Part shown: positions 18,004 through 27,498 of the stretch, piece by piece
How the letters are laid out: every line of letters starts with the position of its first letter
Numbering within the stretch: the first letter of the stretch is position 1
DNA from: an uncultured Gammaproteobacteria bacterium
GTDB lineage: Bacteria; Patescibacteriota; Patescibacteriia; Magasanikbacterales; GWA2-37-8
DNA length: 64,000 bases
Assembly (NCBI GenBank): GCA_964596525.1
Contig: CAZQUL010000001.1
Span: 76,830 to 140,829, forward strand
Reading direction: 5' to 3'
Translations under genes and position numbers: made by a program
Notes under the pieces: generated by a model
Databases searched by the model: none
The model's input: only the letters and a program-made list of their open reading frames with translations
What the model was told of the DNA's origin: nothing

Positions 18004-18450
18004 ATGCTAAGAACTCCGACCTTGTACGACATCACCGGCCTCACCACCGAGAGCGTGCTCGCCGCGCTCTACAACGCCGCGGTACAGATCTGCAATGATC
18101 CGAACGCGCCGAGCGTCATGACGGCCGAGCAGGCCTTCCAGGTACTCGGCGAGTGGCCGATCACCGCCAACTGGTCATTCGACTACCTGTACGGGAGGGC
18201 ACTCAAGGTCGGGCTGGGCCTCGAACCGCGTCAGAAGCTCGACCTGAGCGCCTACGACTCGCGCAACGGCACCGGCACCGGAGCCACCGCCCTCGCCATC
18301 CTGCGCGAGACCAAGAATCCGCAGCACCCGCACATCATCAACCTGCACCAGTACCACACGGATATGTTCAGGATGAAGTCCGCCGCCGTGCAGCTCCTCT
18401 ACGCAATGACCGACGATGAGCTCGCCGCCTCCCTGCGCATCAGGCCCTAG
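18004..18450 (+). CDS. hypothetical protein (DITGL..VLAALYN..FDYLYGR..YD..NG motif)
   Basis: AAGGAGGT SD, GC-rich codons, terminator at about 18461-18492. Confidence 0.8.
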   Translation: MLRTPTLYDITGLTTESVLAALYNAAVQICNDPNAPSVMTAEQAFQVLGEWPITANWSFDYLYGRALKVGLGLEPRQKLDLSAYDSRNGTGTGATALAILRETKNPQHPHIINLHQYHTDMFRMKSAAVQLLYAMTDDELAASLRIRP

Positions 18451-18722
18451 TTCATTCCCCAACCCCTCCCCGATTCGCTCGGCGAGGGGTTTATGTTTTA
18501 CCAGGCGCAATAAAGTACTATCACCTTACCATATACAATAACCGCGTCCATACGTTTGTTCGCGAATTTGACCGACCATTATTGAACGGACACATTTTCC
18601 TCACATCCACGCTCGCTGCGATTTTCGCGCTACAAAAATACGGGTAACCATGTTTTAACAGAACGCATTGACAAAGGACGAAAAAGGCTCTTCACTATGC
18701 TGGCCATTCAAGGAGGCTCTAC

Positions 18723-19307
18723 ATGGACATGCGAACAGCGGGCGCTCTCATGCTTTTCGGACTCATGGGCTGCGGCGGAGTTGAAGTTTTCTCTCTCACG
18801 GATACTCCGGTCCCTAACCGGATGTTCGTTACTGCCCGGACTTTTGCACCGTACGAGCTCGACTATACCGGCGAAAAACCTTGCCAGGCAGCGGCCGATG
18901 AAGCTAAGCTCGGTGGTCATTGGCAGGCCTGGCTTTCAAGTCACGAAATTTTCCCGATTCACGCCAAGGATACCATTGTCCGCCACGGACCGTGGTACGA
19001 CCTCGCGGGAGCACAGATCTTTTCTTCGCGGGCTGCACTCATAAGCGGACGGCCCGAAACCGGCATTGCGGTAAACGAGAGGGGCGAAAGGCTGCCAGAC
19101 GGGGAACCGATCTGGACCGGTACAAAGAGCGACGGAACCGCCAGCGTCGACCGCTGCTTCTCACAGCTGCCGTACCGAATTTGGTATGCAGATACGGGTG
19201 CCGTACAGGGCCTCGTGGGTGAAACCGGTGCGCTAGATGCGCGCTGGACCGAAGCCTACCCACTCCTGTGCAACCAGCGGGCGCACCTCATCTGCTTCGA
19301 GCGCTAA
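18723..19307 (+). CDS. lipoprotein with DUF1554/endostatin-like domain
   Basis: LMG-C lipobox; MFVT, CQAAA..LGG.WQAWLS, WTG..G, C..HLICFE; TTGACA at 18668, AAGGAGG SD. Confidence 0.8.
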   Translation: MDMRTAGALMLFGLMGCGGVEVFSLTDTPVPNRMFVTARTFAPYELDYTGEKPCQAAADEAKLGGHWQAWLSSHEIFPIHAKDTIVRHGPWYDLAGAQIFSSRAALISGRPETGIAVNERGERLPDGEPIWTGTKSDGTASVDRCFSQLPYRIWYADTGAVQGLVGETGALDARWTEAYPLLCNQRAHLICFER

Positions 19308-19966
19308 ATCAAACCAAGCCAGTCTTGCAAGCGCTCGTCCGTAAGCGATTCGACCACGAGGTCAGCATAGGAAAAGTTTCCTATGCTTTTTTTATACGGC
19401 ACTGCTATGCAGCGCATGCCCGCTGCCTTGGCTGCTCTTACTCCGTTTTCGGAATCTTCAATCACCACGCACTGTGATGGATGCACGTCGATTTTTTGTG
19501 CGGCATAGAGAAAAACCGCTGGATCAGGTTTTCCTTTGTTGCCCACCTCTTCACACGAAGCCAGATAGTCAAAGTGCGGTTGCCACCGTAATCGGTCGAC
19601 AACGGTAGTAACACGCCTCGCGCTCGAACCAGAAGCGATAGCCTGGGAACCGATTTGCTGCCTTGTGGCGCGGATGAGCTCTTCTGCTCCAGCAATGGGT
19701 TGTGCTAAAGCTCGATAGATTTCTTCGGTCATAGACAAAAGCTCGGCACGGAGATCTTCAGGCGTTTCGCTCCACCCAAACGTAACCTTAAAACGCTGCA
19801 TCGTTTCGAGAATACTCCCGCCAGCGACCTGGCGATGCAGCTCGGGAGTGAATTCCATGCCGCGTTTTGCAAAAAAATGTTGATTGACCGGCTGCCAATG
19901 ATCTTCGCTGTCGATGAGTGTCCCGTCGAGATCGTAGATGATGGCTTCGATTTTTAATGTAGGCAT
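19304..19966 (-). CDS. HAD family phosphatase (beta-PGM-like)
   Basis: DLDGTLIDSE, KPDPAVF, IEDS.NG. Confidence 0.9.
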   Translation of the reverse strand: MPTLKIEAIIYDLDGTLIDSEDHWQPVNQHFFAKRGMEFTPELHRQVAGGSILETMQRFKVTFGWSETPEDLRAELLSMTEEIYRALAQPIAGAEELIRATRQQIGSQAIASGSSARRVTTVVDRLRWQPHFDYLASCEEVGNKGKPDPAVFLYAAQKIDVHPSQCVVIEDSENGVRAAKAAGMRCIAVPYKKSIGNFSYADLVVESLTDERLQDWLGLI

Positions 19967-19974
19967 AACAGCTA

Positions 19975-20003
19975 TTGACAAAAAATAATTACTCCGATAT
20001 AAT
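19975..20003 (+). promoter_or_regulatory. perfect consensus sigma70 promoter
   Basis: TTGACA-17-TATAAT. Confidence 0.85.
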
Positions 20004-20009
20004 CTAATG

Positions 20010-20414
20010 TCATCGATAGATACTTGCTTGGCACGCGGTGATTAGCAAGGACCTGTTCGAGGACGTGGCACCGTAAGTAGCTGCCTGAGGTGGGGTTGGA
20101 AAGGATTCGTTGTAAGCTACTTATACAACGAAGTAACGGGCAGTGGGCATGACGCAGAGATGTTTTTTTTGGAGGCTTAGCTTAAGTAAAGCGACTTGAC
20201 GGAGCTCACGGTCAAGGAGATGCGGGTGCAAATCCCGCGGCCCCGACAGTGGCGACAACCAGCCACTTACTACAACATCTCATACGTCACTGGAAAACTG
20301 ACTGAACGGGCACTAGCCGCAGCTTATTCCTTTTTAGGAAAGGCAGCGGCAGCTGAAAATTCACCGTCACACGACGGTTCCCATAACCCCTGGTTCGCCA
20401 GGGGTCGCTTTTTT
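20010..20414 (+). ncRNA. candidate structured ncRNA with embedded tRNA-like domain
   Basis: Lies between a perfect promoter and a UUCG-loop terminator (20386-20414); no SD-led ORF seen; many helices. Confidence 0.6.
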
Positions 20415-20423
20415 AAAGAGCAG

Positions 20424-20452
20424 TTGACAGGAAACGCGGAGAGTTCTAGTCT
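20424..20452 (+). promoter_or_regulatory. sigma70-like promoter
   Basis: TTGACA-17-TAGTCT. Confidence 0.7.
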
Positions 20453-20474
20453 ACCCACAAGAAAGGAGTCATTC

Positions 20475-20702
20475 ATGCTTCGCCTCCTCGGTTATATTAT
20501 GGTCCTGTACGCCATTTCGGTCGTGGTGCGGGCCTGCGAGGATGTGGAGAAATGGCTCCGCCCCCCGCCGCCGCACATCATGGTCTGCAACCCGCCTCCG
20601 GCAGATCCGAACATTCGACTGCCGATCCCCGGATTCCCCTCGTTCTACCCGCTTCAAGCCAAGGTTGCGTCCGCGTCTCACGCAATCGGGCAGTGCCCTT
20701 AA
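20475..20702 (+). CDS. small Pro-rich exported protein or lipoprotein
   Basis: AAAGGAG SD; hydrophobic N-terminus ending VRA-C; terminator at about 20707-20733. Confidence 0.65.
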   Translation: MLRLLGYIMVLYAISVVVRACEDVEKWLRPPPPHIMVCNPPPADPNIRLPIPGFPSFYPLQAKVASASHAIGQCP

Positions 20703-20777
20703 ACCTCCGCGTCATTATCCGACGCGGTTTTGTTTCTTCAACGCCAATAGAATGCATCCAAACCATGGGTGCATTTT

Positions 20778-22601
20778 TTATTCAACCGTCACGCTCTTGG
20801 CCAGATTGCGCGGCCGGTCGACATCACGCCCCAAGATAACTGCCGTGTGATATGCAAAGAGTTGGCAAACGATATTCGTGACGAGCGGTTCGAGGAGTTC
20901 CATCGTAGGAGGAACGTAGATGATATCATCAGCTAACTGCGCGGCTTCGGTATCACCCTCGGTGGCAATAAGAAGAACTGGTGCTTTGCGTGCACGCACT
21001 TCTTCAATGTTGCTCCGCATTTTTTCGTAGAGTTGATTCTTGGGCATAAGGGCGATGACCGGAAAATCCTTGGAGAGGAGTGCGACGGGGCCGTGCTTCA
21101 TTTCGCCGGCCGCGAATGCTTCGGCGTGGACATACGAAATTTCCTTGAGTTTGAGCGCGCCTTCGAGCGCGATGGGGAATTGGACACCACGACCCAGATA
21201 CAAACAATTTTTGTACACCGAATATTTCTCCGCGAGTACACGGATAGCGTCGTTCTGCGCGAGCACCTGCTTCATTTTTTCTGGCAGCTCAACGAGTGCC
21301 TGAATGAGTCGTTGACCGGTTGCAAGGCTCGTGCGGCGCTGGCGGCCGAACTGGAGGGCGTACAGTAGTAAAATCGTTGCGGTATTGGTGAACGCTTTGG
21401 TAGATGCCACCGCGAGTTCGGGGCCGGCGTGCATGTAGGTACCACCGTCGGTTTCGCGCGCGATGGTGGAACCGACCACGTTGACAATACCGCGCACAAA
21501 CGCACCTTTACGTTTCGCCTCGCGCAATGCTGCGAGCGTATCGGCCGTTTCGCCCGATTGCGAGAGCGCAAAGACGAGGGTGTTCTCGTCGAGGATCGTA
21601 TCACGGTAACGGAACTCGCTCGCGATTTCTACATCTGTTGGAAGGCCGGCAAGACGCTCAAAGGCATATTTACCGATGAGTCCTGCATACGACGACGTGC
21701 CGCAGGCGATGAGCACCACACGGTTCACGCGACGCATTTCTTCAACCGTCATGTTGAGTCCGCCGAGTTTGGCCGCACCGAACTCAGGATCAATGCGACC
21801 GCGAAATGCATCTTGAATAACGGAGGGTTGGTCAAAAATTTCCTTGAGCATGAAGTGGGGAAAACCGTTCTTCTGCGCTACGGCCTCATCCCAATGGATT
21901 TCTTCGGTAGTTTTATCGACAGCCTTGTTGTCGATCGTAAAAATATCCATGCCGCTGCGGTTGATTTCTGCCACCTCACCATCGTCAAGAAAGACAACCT
22001 GTTTGGTGTACGGAAGAAGCGGTGATGTATCTGAAGCGATGAAATATTCACCCTCCCCCACCCCAATTGCGAGCGGACTCCCGAGCCGTGCAGCAACGAA
22101 CGTGCCTGGATGATTCTTGTGCATTACGACGAGCCCGTAGGTGCCGCGCACATGCTTGAGAGCTTCGAGGACTGCTGTGCGCAGATTACCTTTAAAAAAA
22201 TGCCCAATGAGATGCGCCAACACTTCGGTGTCGGTTTCGGATTTAAACTCGTGGTCAGATAAAAATTCGTTTTTAAGCTCGCGATAGTTTTCGATGATGC
22301 CATTATGCACGATGACGATGTTGCCAGAAGCGTCGGTGTGCGGATGCGCGTTCGGTTCTGTTACGCCGCCATGTGTAGCCCAGCGCGTATGCGCAAGACC
22401 AAACGTTCCATCGATTGTTTCCGCGCCCGTTCGTTCGGCCAGATTGTCGATTTTACCCACGGCTTTGATGATCTTGAACGCATCTTTGTCGAAAATCGCC
22501 ACCCCAGCGCTGTCGTAACCGCGATATTCGAGACGACGTAGACCCTTAACGAGAATGGGTAATGCCGGCTTGGCACCTACGTACGCAATAATGCCGCACA
22601 T
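20778..22601 (-). CDS. glmS: glutamine-fructose-6-phosphate aminotransferase
   Basis: MCGI, LEYRGYDSAG, HTRWATHG, SQSGETAD, PRNLAKSVTVE. Confidence 0.97.
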   Translation of the reverse strand: MCGIIAYVGAKPALPILVKGLRRLEYRGYDSAGVAIFDKDAFKIIKAVGKIDNLAERTGAETIDGTFGLAHTRWATHGGVTEPNAHPHTDASGNIVIVHNGIIENYRELKNEFLSDHEFKSETDTEVLAHLIGHFFKGNLRTAVLEALKHVRGTYGLVVMHKNHPGTFVAARLGSPLAIGVGEGEYFIASDTSPLLPYTKQVVFLDDGEVAEINRSGMDIFTIDNKAVDKTTEEIHWDEAVAQKNGFPHFMLKEIFDQPSVIQDAFRGRIDPEFGAAKLGGLNMTVEEMRRVNRVVLIACGTSSYAGLIGKYAFERLAGLPTDVEIASEFRYRDTILDENTLVFALSQSGETADTLAALREAKRKGAFVRGIVNVVGSTIARETDGGTYMHAGPELAVASTKAFTNTATILLLYALQFGRQRRTSLATGQRLIQALVELPEKMKQVLAQNDAIRVLAEKYSVYKNCLYLGRGVQFPIALEGALKLKEISYVHAEAFAAGEMKHGPVALLSKDFPVIALMPKNQLYEKMRSNIEEVRARKAPVLLIATEGDTEAAQLADDIIYVPPTMELLEPLVTNIVCQLFAYHTAVILGRDVDRPRNLAKSVTVE

Positions 22602-22650
22602 AGAAAAAAATTAAAAAATAAAATCTCGCAAAAAAGACGATGTAATAGTT

Positions 22651-23418
22651 TTAATTTTGAGCTGCCAACTTCCGCTTTCTCGCTTCCTCCAATTCTTCGG
22701 GCGTGTTCACGCCAAACCATTCCTTAGGATCACCAAGCTTTACCACGTCGTGCGGCAAACCAGAACTGCGCACCAAAGTGAACGCGGTCGGCAATCCGTA
22801 TTCGCCGAGTTTTTCCATCTTCGGCATGGTCGGAAAAATACGCTGATACCATTCGCGATGCAACATAAACGTGCCCGTGCTGATTTCTTTGATGTTTTTC
22901 TGTTCGTCAGTAAGCAGTTCTTTCTCGATGATTTCTATCCGCCCATCTGCATGGCGCACCACGCGGCCAAGTGAACGGGGATCATCAAGTTCTGATGTGA
23001 GGAGTGTCAGATGACGGACAGCTTCAACGTGGTCCGCGATGAATTTTTTGAGCGTTTCAGGCGCATAGAAGGCGCTATCATCGCCGCCCATCACGATGAC
23101 ATGTTCGATGTGTTCTGGCAGTGCTTGCATACCCGTATATGCGGCATGGCCGGTACCGAGCTGTTCGGTTTGGTGCGCGAATGTTACGCGACTCCCGAAA
23201 TAATCCATTACTTTTTCCTTCTGAAAACCTACGACTAGCACAATCCGCTCGGGTGTAAAGCCAATTTTTTCGAGCGTCTCGACGGTGTAATCAACCATTG
23301 GGCGGCCATTCAATTCCATCATTACCTTAGGCCGATCGGTACAACCCAGACGCGTACCTTTTCCGGCCGCAAGAATCACGGCGCCGATATGTTTAGGAAG
23401 TTCAGATAACGATGACAT
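22651..23418 (-). CDS. GlmU-like uridyltransferase (N-terminal domain only)
   Basis: ILAAGKGTR..PK, EQLGTGHA, GVNT; no hexapeptide domain. Confidence 0.8.
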   Translation of the reverse strand: MSSLSELPKHIGAVILAAGKGTRLGCTDRPKVMMELNGRPMVDYTVETLEKIGFTPERIVLVVGFQKEKVMDYFGSRVTFAHQTEQLGTGHAAYTGMQALPEHIEHVIVMGGDDSAFYAPETLKKFIADHVEAVRHLTLLTSELDDPRSLGRVVRHADGRIEIIEKELLTDEQKNIKEISTGTFMLHREWYQRIFPTMPKMEKLGEYGLPTAFTLVRSSGLPHDVVKLGDPKEWFGVNTPEELEEARKRKLAAQN

Positions 23419-23459
23419 ACATTTTCAGTTGATATTAGTGGGTATACTTTTAATGATAA

Positions 23460-24119
23460 TTATCTTCCTGCCTCAATCCACTTTTTGATATCTGCCAAAC
23501 TTTCAAAAACCGGGATTCCGCTTTTTTCGTACTCATCGAGCGCGAATTTGACGGTATTCTTTTTTGAAATCACGGTTACCCCCGGCACCATGCTCTGCAC
23601 CCGCCGATTTTCTTCCAGATTATCGTTCACAAAGAGCGTCGGTTTCGTTCCCTGCACACTAACGCGATCGACGACGGCTTCTTTGCGATCATGCACAATA
23701 ATGATTTGGTCGAATAAAGAAGCGAGTCCGGTAGCTTCGATCTTAGCCATCTGAAATCCGTGATTGCCAGAGCTGAGCAGAAGCATTTTTTCCGTTACGC
23801 AACGCATAGCATCCAAAAAATCGAACGCATCGGCAAATACGAACGCCCGACTGCGCACAACGACAGCGGAAAGTTCAGCAATGGCTTTATCTGGTACATC
23901 GTACCCTTTGGCGCGCAGTTTAGCGATGTGCTTGTCAAACGTATAATCGTAGTATGTCGCACTATGATTCTGATTTTCAGCCACCGCTATCGTCGTCCAA
24001 AAATCTTCGGCCGTAACGCCGTACGGCTGAACCACCGCAAAAAAAGATTTCTTCAACTCCTCAGTACGAAAGAGCGTCTCGTCGAAATCGATAAATGTAT
24101 AAGCGAATTTCTTATTCAT
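23460..24119 (-). CDS. HAD family hydrolase
   Basis: DFDETLF motif I; FQMAKI; FVND. Confidence 0.75.
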   Translation of the reverse strand: MNKKFAYTFIDFDETLFRTEELKKSFFAVVQPYGVTAEDFWTTIAVAENQNHSATYYDYTFDKHIAKLRAKGYDVPDKAIAELSAVVVRSRAFVFADAFDFLDAMRCVTEKMLLLSSGNHGFQMAKIEATGLASLFDQIIIVHDRKEAVVDRVSVQGTKPTLFVNDNLEENRRVQSMVPGVTVISKKNTVKFALDEYEKSGIPVFESLADIKKWIEAGR

Positions 24120-24152
24120 AGGGCTGTGCCAGTAGGAACACCTGTGACCAAC

Positions 24153-24890
24153 TTATTTTAAGCGCGCCCAGACTTCCTCAAAAACGGTTTTCTGCAGCTC
24201 GAACACTCCTTCGTTCTCAACCACCACCCCCATCGGCTCACCTTTGGCATCGAGCGAAATGGAGGCAACCTTGCCCGGATAAATGATCGTATAGGACGGC
24301 GTAGCAAGATTGCAGCGGAGTGGCCGACGCTCATCGAGACCGCGGAGTTCTCCACCCGCCCCGAGCGCGATAACCCTAACCGCGATGCCTTTGGCCACGC
24401 GCACGTCGCTGAAGGTTGGAAACTGATCATAGAGGTATTCGCGGATACCGGCGGCGGAATAAATTCGGTACATCAGTTCACCGCGCGCTTCGCAGGCGGC
24501 GAGCACGTCTTCGAGAACCAAATGCAGCTCGTCGCGCTCAAAGTACCGCGCCACGGGCCGTTCCCCGCCTTTGTGGTAGAGAGATTTGAGTTCCGGCAAC
24601 GCAGTTTTAAGCGTCCGTTCGGCTTCGCGCATCTCATTCAAACGATCGTCGAGAACGTCCTGCAGACGCTCCGGATTCTCGGCCACGAAGTACTGCTTAG
24701 TTTCTTTTTCGTAGAATGAAACCAGGCGGCGCTCCTCAAACCATTTAAGCGCATCATAGACCGTGCCGCGGTTAATACCCGAGGTCTCAGCCAACCCGCG
24801 CACCGAGGAAGGCCCGAGACGCAGGAGCGTCACGTACACCTGGGAATATTTGTCAGATATCCCTAACTTTTTAAGTATATCAATGATCAT
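24153..24890 (-). CDS. TrmB family transcriptional regulator
   Basis: LKKLG..VYVTLL.LG..LA..SGINRGTVYDAL..FVAENPE. Confidence 0.9.
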   Translation of the reverse strand: MIIDILKKLGISDKYSQVYVTLLRLGPSSVRGLAETSGINRGTVYDALKWFEERRLVSFYEKETKQYFVAENPERLQDVLDDRLNEMREAERTLKTALPELKSLYHKGGERPVARYFERDELHLVLEDVLAACEARGELMYRIYSAAGIREYLYDQFPTFSDVRVAKGIAVRVIALGAGGELRGLDERRPLRCNLATPSYTIIYPGKVASISLDAKGEPMGVVVENEGVFELQKTVFEEVWARLK

Positions 24891-24908
24891 ATTTTGGCTT
24901 ATAACAAA

Positions 24909-24927
24909 AATAGTATAGCATACTATT
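24909..24927. promoter_or_regulatory. inverted-repeat operator candidate
   Basis: AATAGTAT-AGC-ATACTATT next to a minus-strand TTGACA (24929-24934), upstream of the TrmB gene. Confidence 0.55.
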
Positions 24928-25032
24928 CTGTCAATTTTTTTCCTGCAACTGTGGATATCACCCATTACTTATCTTGACATTTTTTTAAAAAATGGCTATG
25001 GATACAGCTGGTTTTACCCATGGAGGCACCGC

Positions 25033-25614
25033 GTGTCCAACGCGTACATTCCGCTCGAACTCATTCCGTTCGTCAACGTTATCGAAGAACAGCTCGCCTG
25101 CATCCTGGGGTTTGAAATCACGAGCCCAACCACTACCGTCATCAACATGCCGCTTCTCAACTTTGCGGCCCACATACATCGTATCAACATCGAAGATGAT
25201 GATGTTGACGATGGAGATGACGAAGACGACTGCGAAGATGAAGATAAGAAGATTTCCGAAGCAGAGTTCATCGAACAGAACCAGCACTGGAAACCCGACC
25301 TACTCCTTCTCCACCGCGGTCTCCACTACGGCACCGACACCTTCACCGCCGAAGAACTTGCACGGTTCAAACCGCTCAAGGAAAAAGCGCTCGGGGACTT
25401 CAGAAAATTCATAGAAGAAGGCAGCCAACCGCTTTCACCCGAGCACCAGGCCGCCATCGAAGCTGAAATCACCGAGATTTTCAGCGCCGATGACTTTGAG
25501 CTCACCCAAGATCATTTCGAAGCGCTCAGCGCACTCTTTGGCATGACGGTCACCGGCGAAACGTACCTCTATACCATCGCCCGCTTTCTCCAGCAGCGCA
25601 AGCTCGCCAACTAA
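25033..25614 (+). CDS. acidic hypothetical protein, paralog A
   Basis: TTGACA at 24974, GGAGG SD, terminator after stop; YGTDTFTAEE motif. Confidence 0.8.
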   Translation: MSNAYIPLELIPFVNVIEEQLACILGFEITSPTTTVINMPLLNFAAHIHRINIEDDDVDDGDDEDDCEDEDKKISEAEFIEQNQHWKPDLLLLHRGLHYGTDTFTAEELARFKPLKEKALGDFRKFIEEGSQPLSPEHQAAIEAEITEIFSADDFELTQDHFEALSALFGMTVTGETYLYTIARFLQQRKLAN

Positions 25615-25715
25615 GCCGCCCCTTTCCCGGCGGCTTTCTGTTTTAAACTACGCGTATTGACTTTTCAGGTAACTAATGCTAGAAAAAAGGAAACTTCCGC
25701 CCACAGGAGGCCGTC

Positions 25716-26258
25716 ATGCCCGAACTCACGCACGGAAATTTTGACCCGACTCCCTATCTCCGCCGTATCGAAGAAGCGGTCTCGCGAGCCCTCGGCTCCA
25801 CGCTGCGCTATCGTTCCAACCACGTACCCGAGATGAACTTGAGCATTTTCGCCGGGTACATGCTTGCGGCCAGCATACCGCCGATCGAGCTCGAGCCGGA
25901 AGAGGTGTTCATTGCCCGCATGAAAGATCAGCTGACCCCAGAGGAACTCCTCAACAGCCGCGCTCTCGCGTACGGAACGGACACCTTTACCGCGGAGGAG
26001 CGAGAGATTTTCGAGCGCGGTATTGCCAAATACGAGGCAGGTTTCGACGCCGCACGAGAGGAAGAGCTCAGTGCCGACGAAATCGCCGCCGTCAAAGAGA
26101 TGGAAAACGATGATCTCTACGGCACCGGTCATCCGTTCACGCCGCAGGAAGAGCAGGCGGTGAGCGCCGAGCTTGGCTTCCCGGTGTATGGGGCCACGCT
26201 GATTGGGGATATCATTCGCCAGCTCCATGCACGCGAGCATGCCTCCTCGGCGGCATAA
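25716..26258 (+). CDS. acidic hypothetical protein, paralog B
   Basis: TTGACT at 25657, AGGAGG SD, terminator at 26277-26312; YGTDTFTAEE motif. Confidence 0.8.
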   Translation: MPELTHGNFDPTPYLRRIEEAVSRALGSTLRYRSNHVPEMNLSIFAGYMLAASIPPIELEPEEVFIARMKDQLTPEELLNSRALAYGTDTFTAEEREIFERGIAKYEAGFDAAREEELSADEIAAVKEMENDDLYGTGHPFTPQEEQAVSAELGFPVYGATLIGDIIRQLHAREHASSAA

Positions 26259-26331
26259 AACCGCGTAAAAAAGCACAAAATCGCCCGGCATGCGCTATGC
26301 CCGGCGATTTTTAAATACGTATTATACTCAC

Positions 26332-26360
26332 TTGACATTTTACCTAAAATAGGATACAGT
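26332..26360 (+). promoter_or_regulatory. sigma70-like promoter
   Basis: TTGACA-17-TACAGT. Confidence 0.7.
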
Positions 26361-26508
26361 TATTCGTTACGTGCTGCACAAGCCGTACCTTTCGCACCTT
26401 TCATGTTCTAGGGGCATTTAGGGCCACAGTCTGGCTCTAAACGCCCCCAGAACACCCAGACACCGGATGGGCTACAACCCGTCCATCACCAGAGAAAGAG
26501 GACGCCAG

Positions 26509-27465
26509 ATGTCGAACAAGACGAACTCCGCCGAGACCAAGACCCCTTCGACCGGCACTTCGGCCATCGCCGCTGCGATCTCACAGCTCCACCCGACGAA
26601 GCGCCCCACCGCCAGGATCGAAGATCCAAACGAGATGCTCCGCCTGGAAGCTCTGCGCGAGGCGAGCCGCGATGATGCGGAGCGAACCGACACCACAGGC
26701 ACGCCCGAGAGCGGACAGACGCTGCGCGACCAGCCGTCGGCCCCGACGCAGTACGTGACCGACGACGAGCACGAGCAGCGCATCGGTGAGTACATCGCGG
26801 CCCACAAAGAGGAGGCGCAGCAGGCTGTGACCAAGCAGAACGAGGCACGCCGGGCCACGATCCGCAAGGCTACCGTGTGGATGGGCATCATCGCCTTCGC
26901 GGCGATCGCCATCTACATGACCCGCTCCTTCCTGCACCTGCAGGAGGAGAACGCCATGCTCCACGCCAAACTCGACGCGGGCACCAAGAAGGAGATCGAG
27001 AACCAGGCCGCGCCGGTCGACATGGGGACCCACCACATCCCGTCGAGCGACGACGATGACTGGGACCAGCGGAAGGCCGCAACCCAGAAGTCGGACACTG
27101 CCTCCGCGGTCACCACTCCGGCGCCGACCAAGCTCCCGACCACCCCGGTCGTGGACAAGGCGGCAGAGGAGAAGGCTGGCGACGATCTTGTCATGGTGGG
27201 TGATGGCACGGGGAAAGACGGGATCAAGTACAAGAAGTACACGATCACGGCCGAGGACATCGAGCTCGGGACGACGCTCCTCGGGATCACCAAGCGGCAC
27301 CGCTTCGGCAAGAGTGAAGGCAAGCGCCTCACCGCGCTGCACAAGCTCAACGACGGCCGTACGGTGACCGCCGCCAACGGCAAGAGCCGCACGATCAGCG
27401 CCGAGGACCCCAAGGGCCTCGATCTGATCCGCGTCGGGGAGACCTGGTTCATCCCGGTCCCCTAG
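26509..27465 (+). CDS. bitopic membrane protein with C-terminal LysM-like domain
   Basis: one TM segment (VWMGIIAFAAIAIYM); YTI..GTTLLGI..LHKLN..DLIRVGETWFIP. Confidence 0.7.
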   Translation: MSNKTNSAETKTPSTGTSAIAAAISQLHPTKRPTARIEDPNEMLRLEALREASRDDAERTDTTGTPESGQTLRDQPSAPTQYVTDDEHEQRIGEYIAAHKEEAQQAVTKQNEARRATIRKATVWMGIIAFAAIAIYMTRSFLHLQEENAMLHAKLDAGTKKEIENQAAPVDMGTHHIPSSDDDDWDQRKAATQKSDTASAVTTPAPTKLPTTPVVDKAAEEKAGDDLVMVGDGTGKDGIKYKKYTITAEDIELGTTLLGITKRHRFGKSEGKRLTALHKLNDGRTVTAANGKSRTISAEDPKGLDLIRVGETWFIPVP

Positions 27466-27498
27466 GGAAGGCTCGCGACGGCGCGCGAGTAGCCCCAC

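Noticed and set aside
20010-20414. tmRNA, RNase P RNA, SRP RNA or a functional tRNA
   Set aside because: No GAGGAAAGTCC, no SRP helix-8 motif and no tmRNA termini. The cloverleaf has a 10-nt anticodon-position loop and a non-canonical T-loop.
20196-20474. N-terminal part of the 168-aa ORF 20196..20702
   Set aside because: It crosses the structured RNA, a terminator and a promoter. The SD-led ATG is at 20475.
22602-22650. glmS ribozyme
   Set aside because: Only 49 AT-rich bases separate glmS from the upstream gene.
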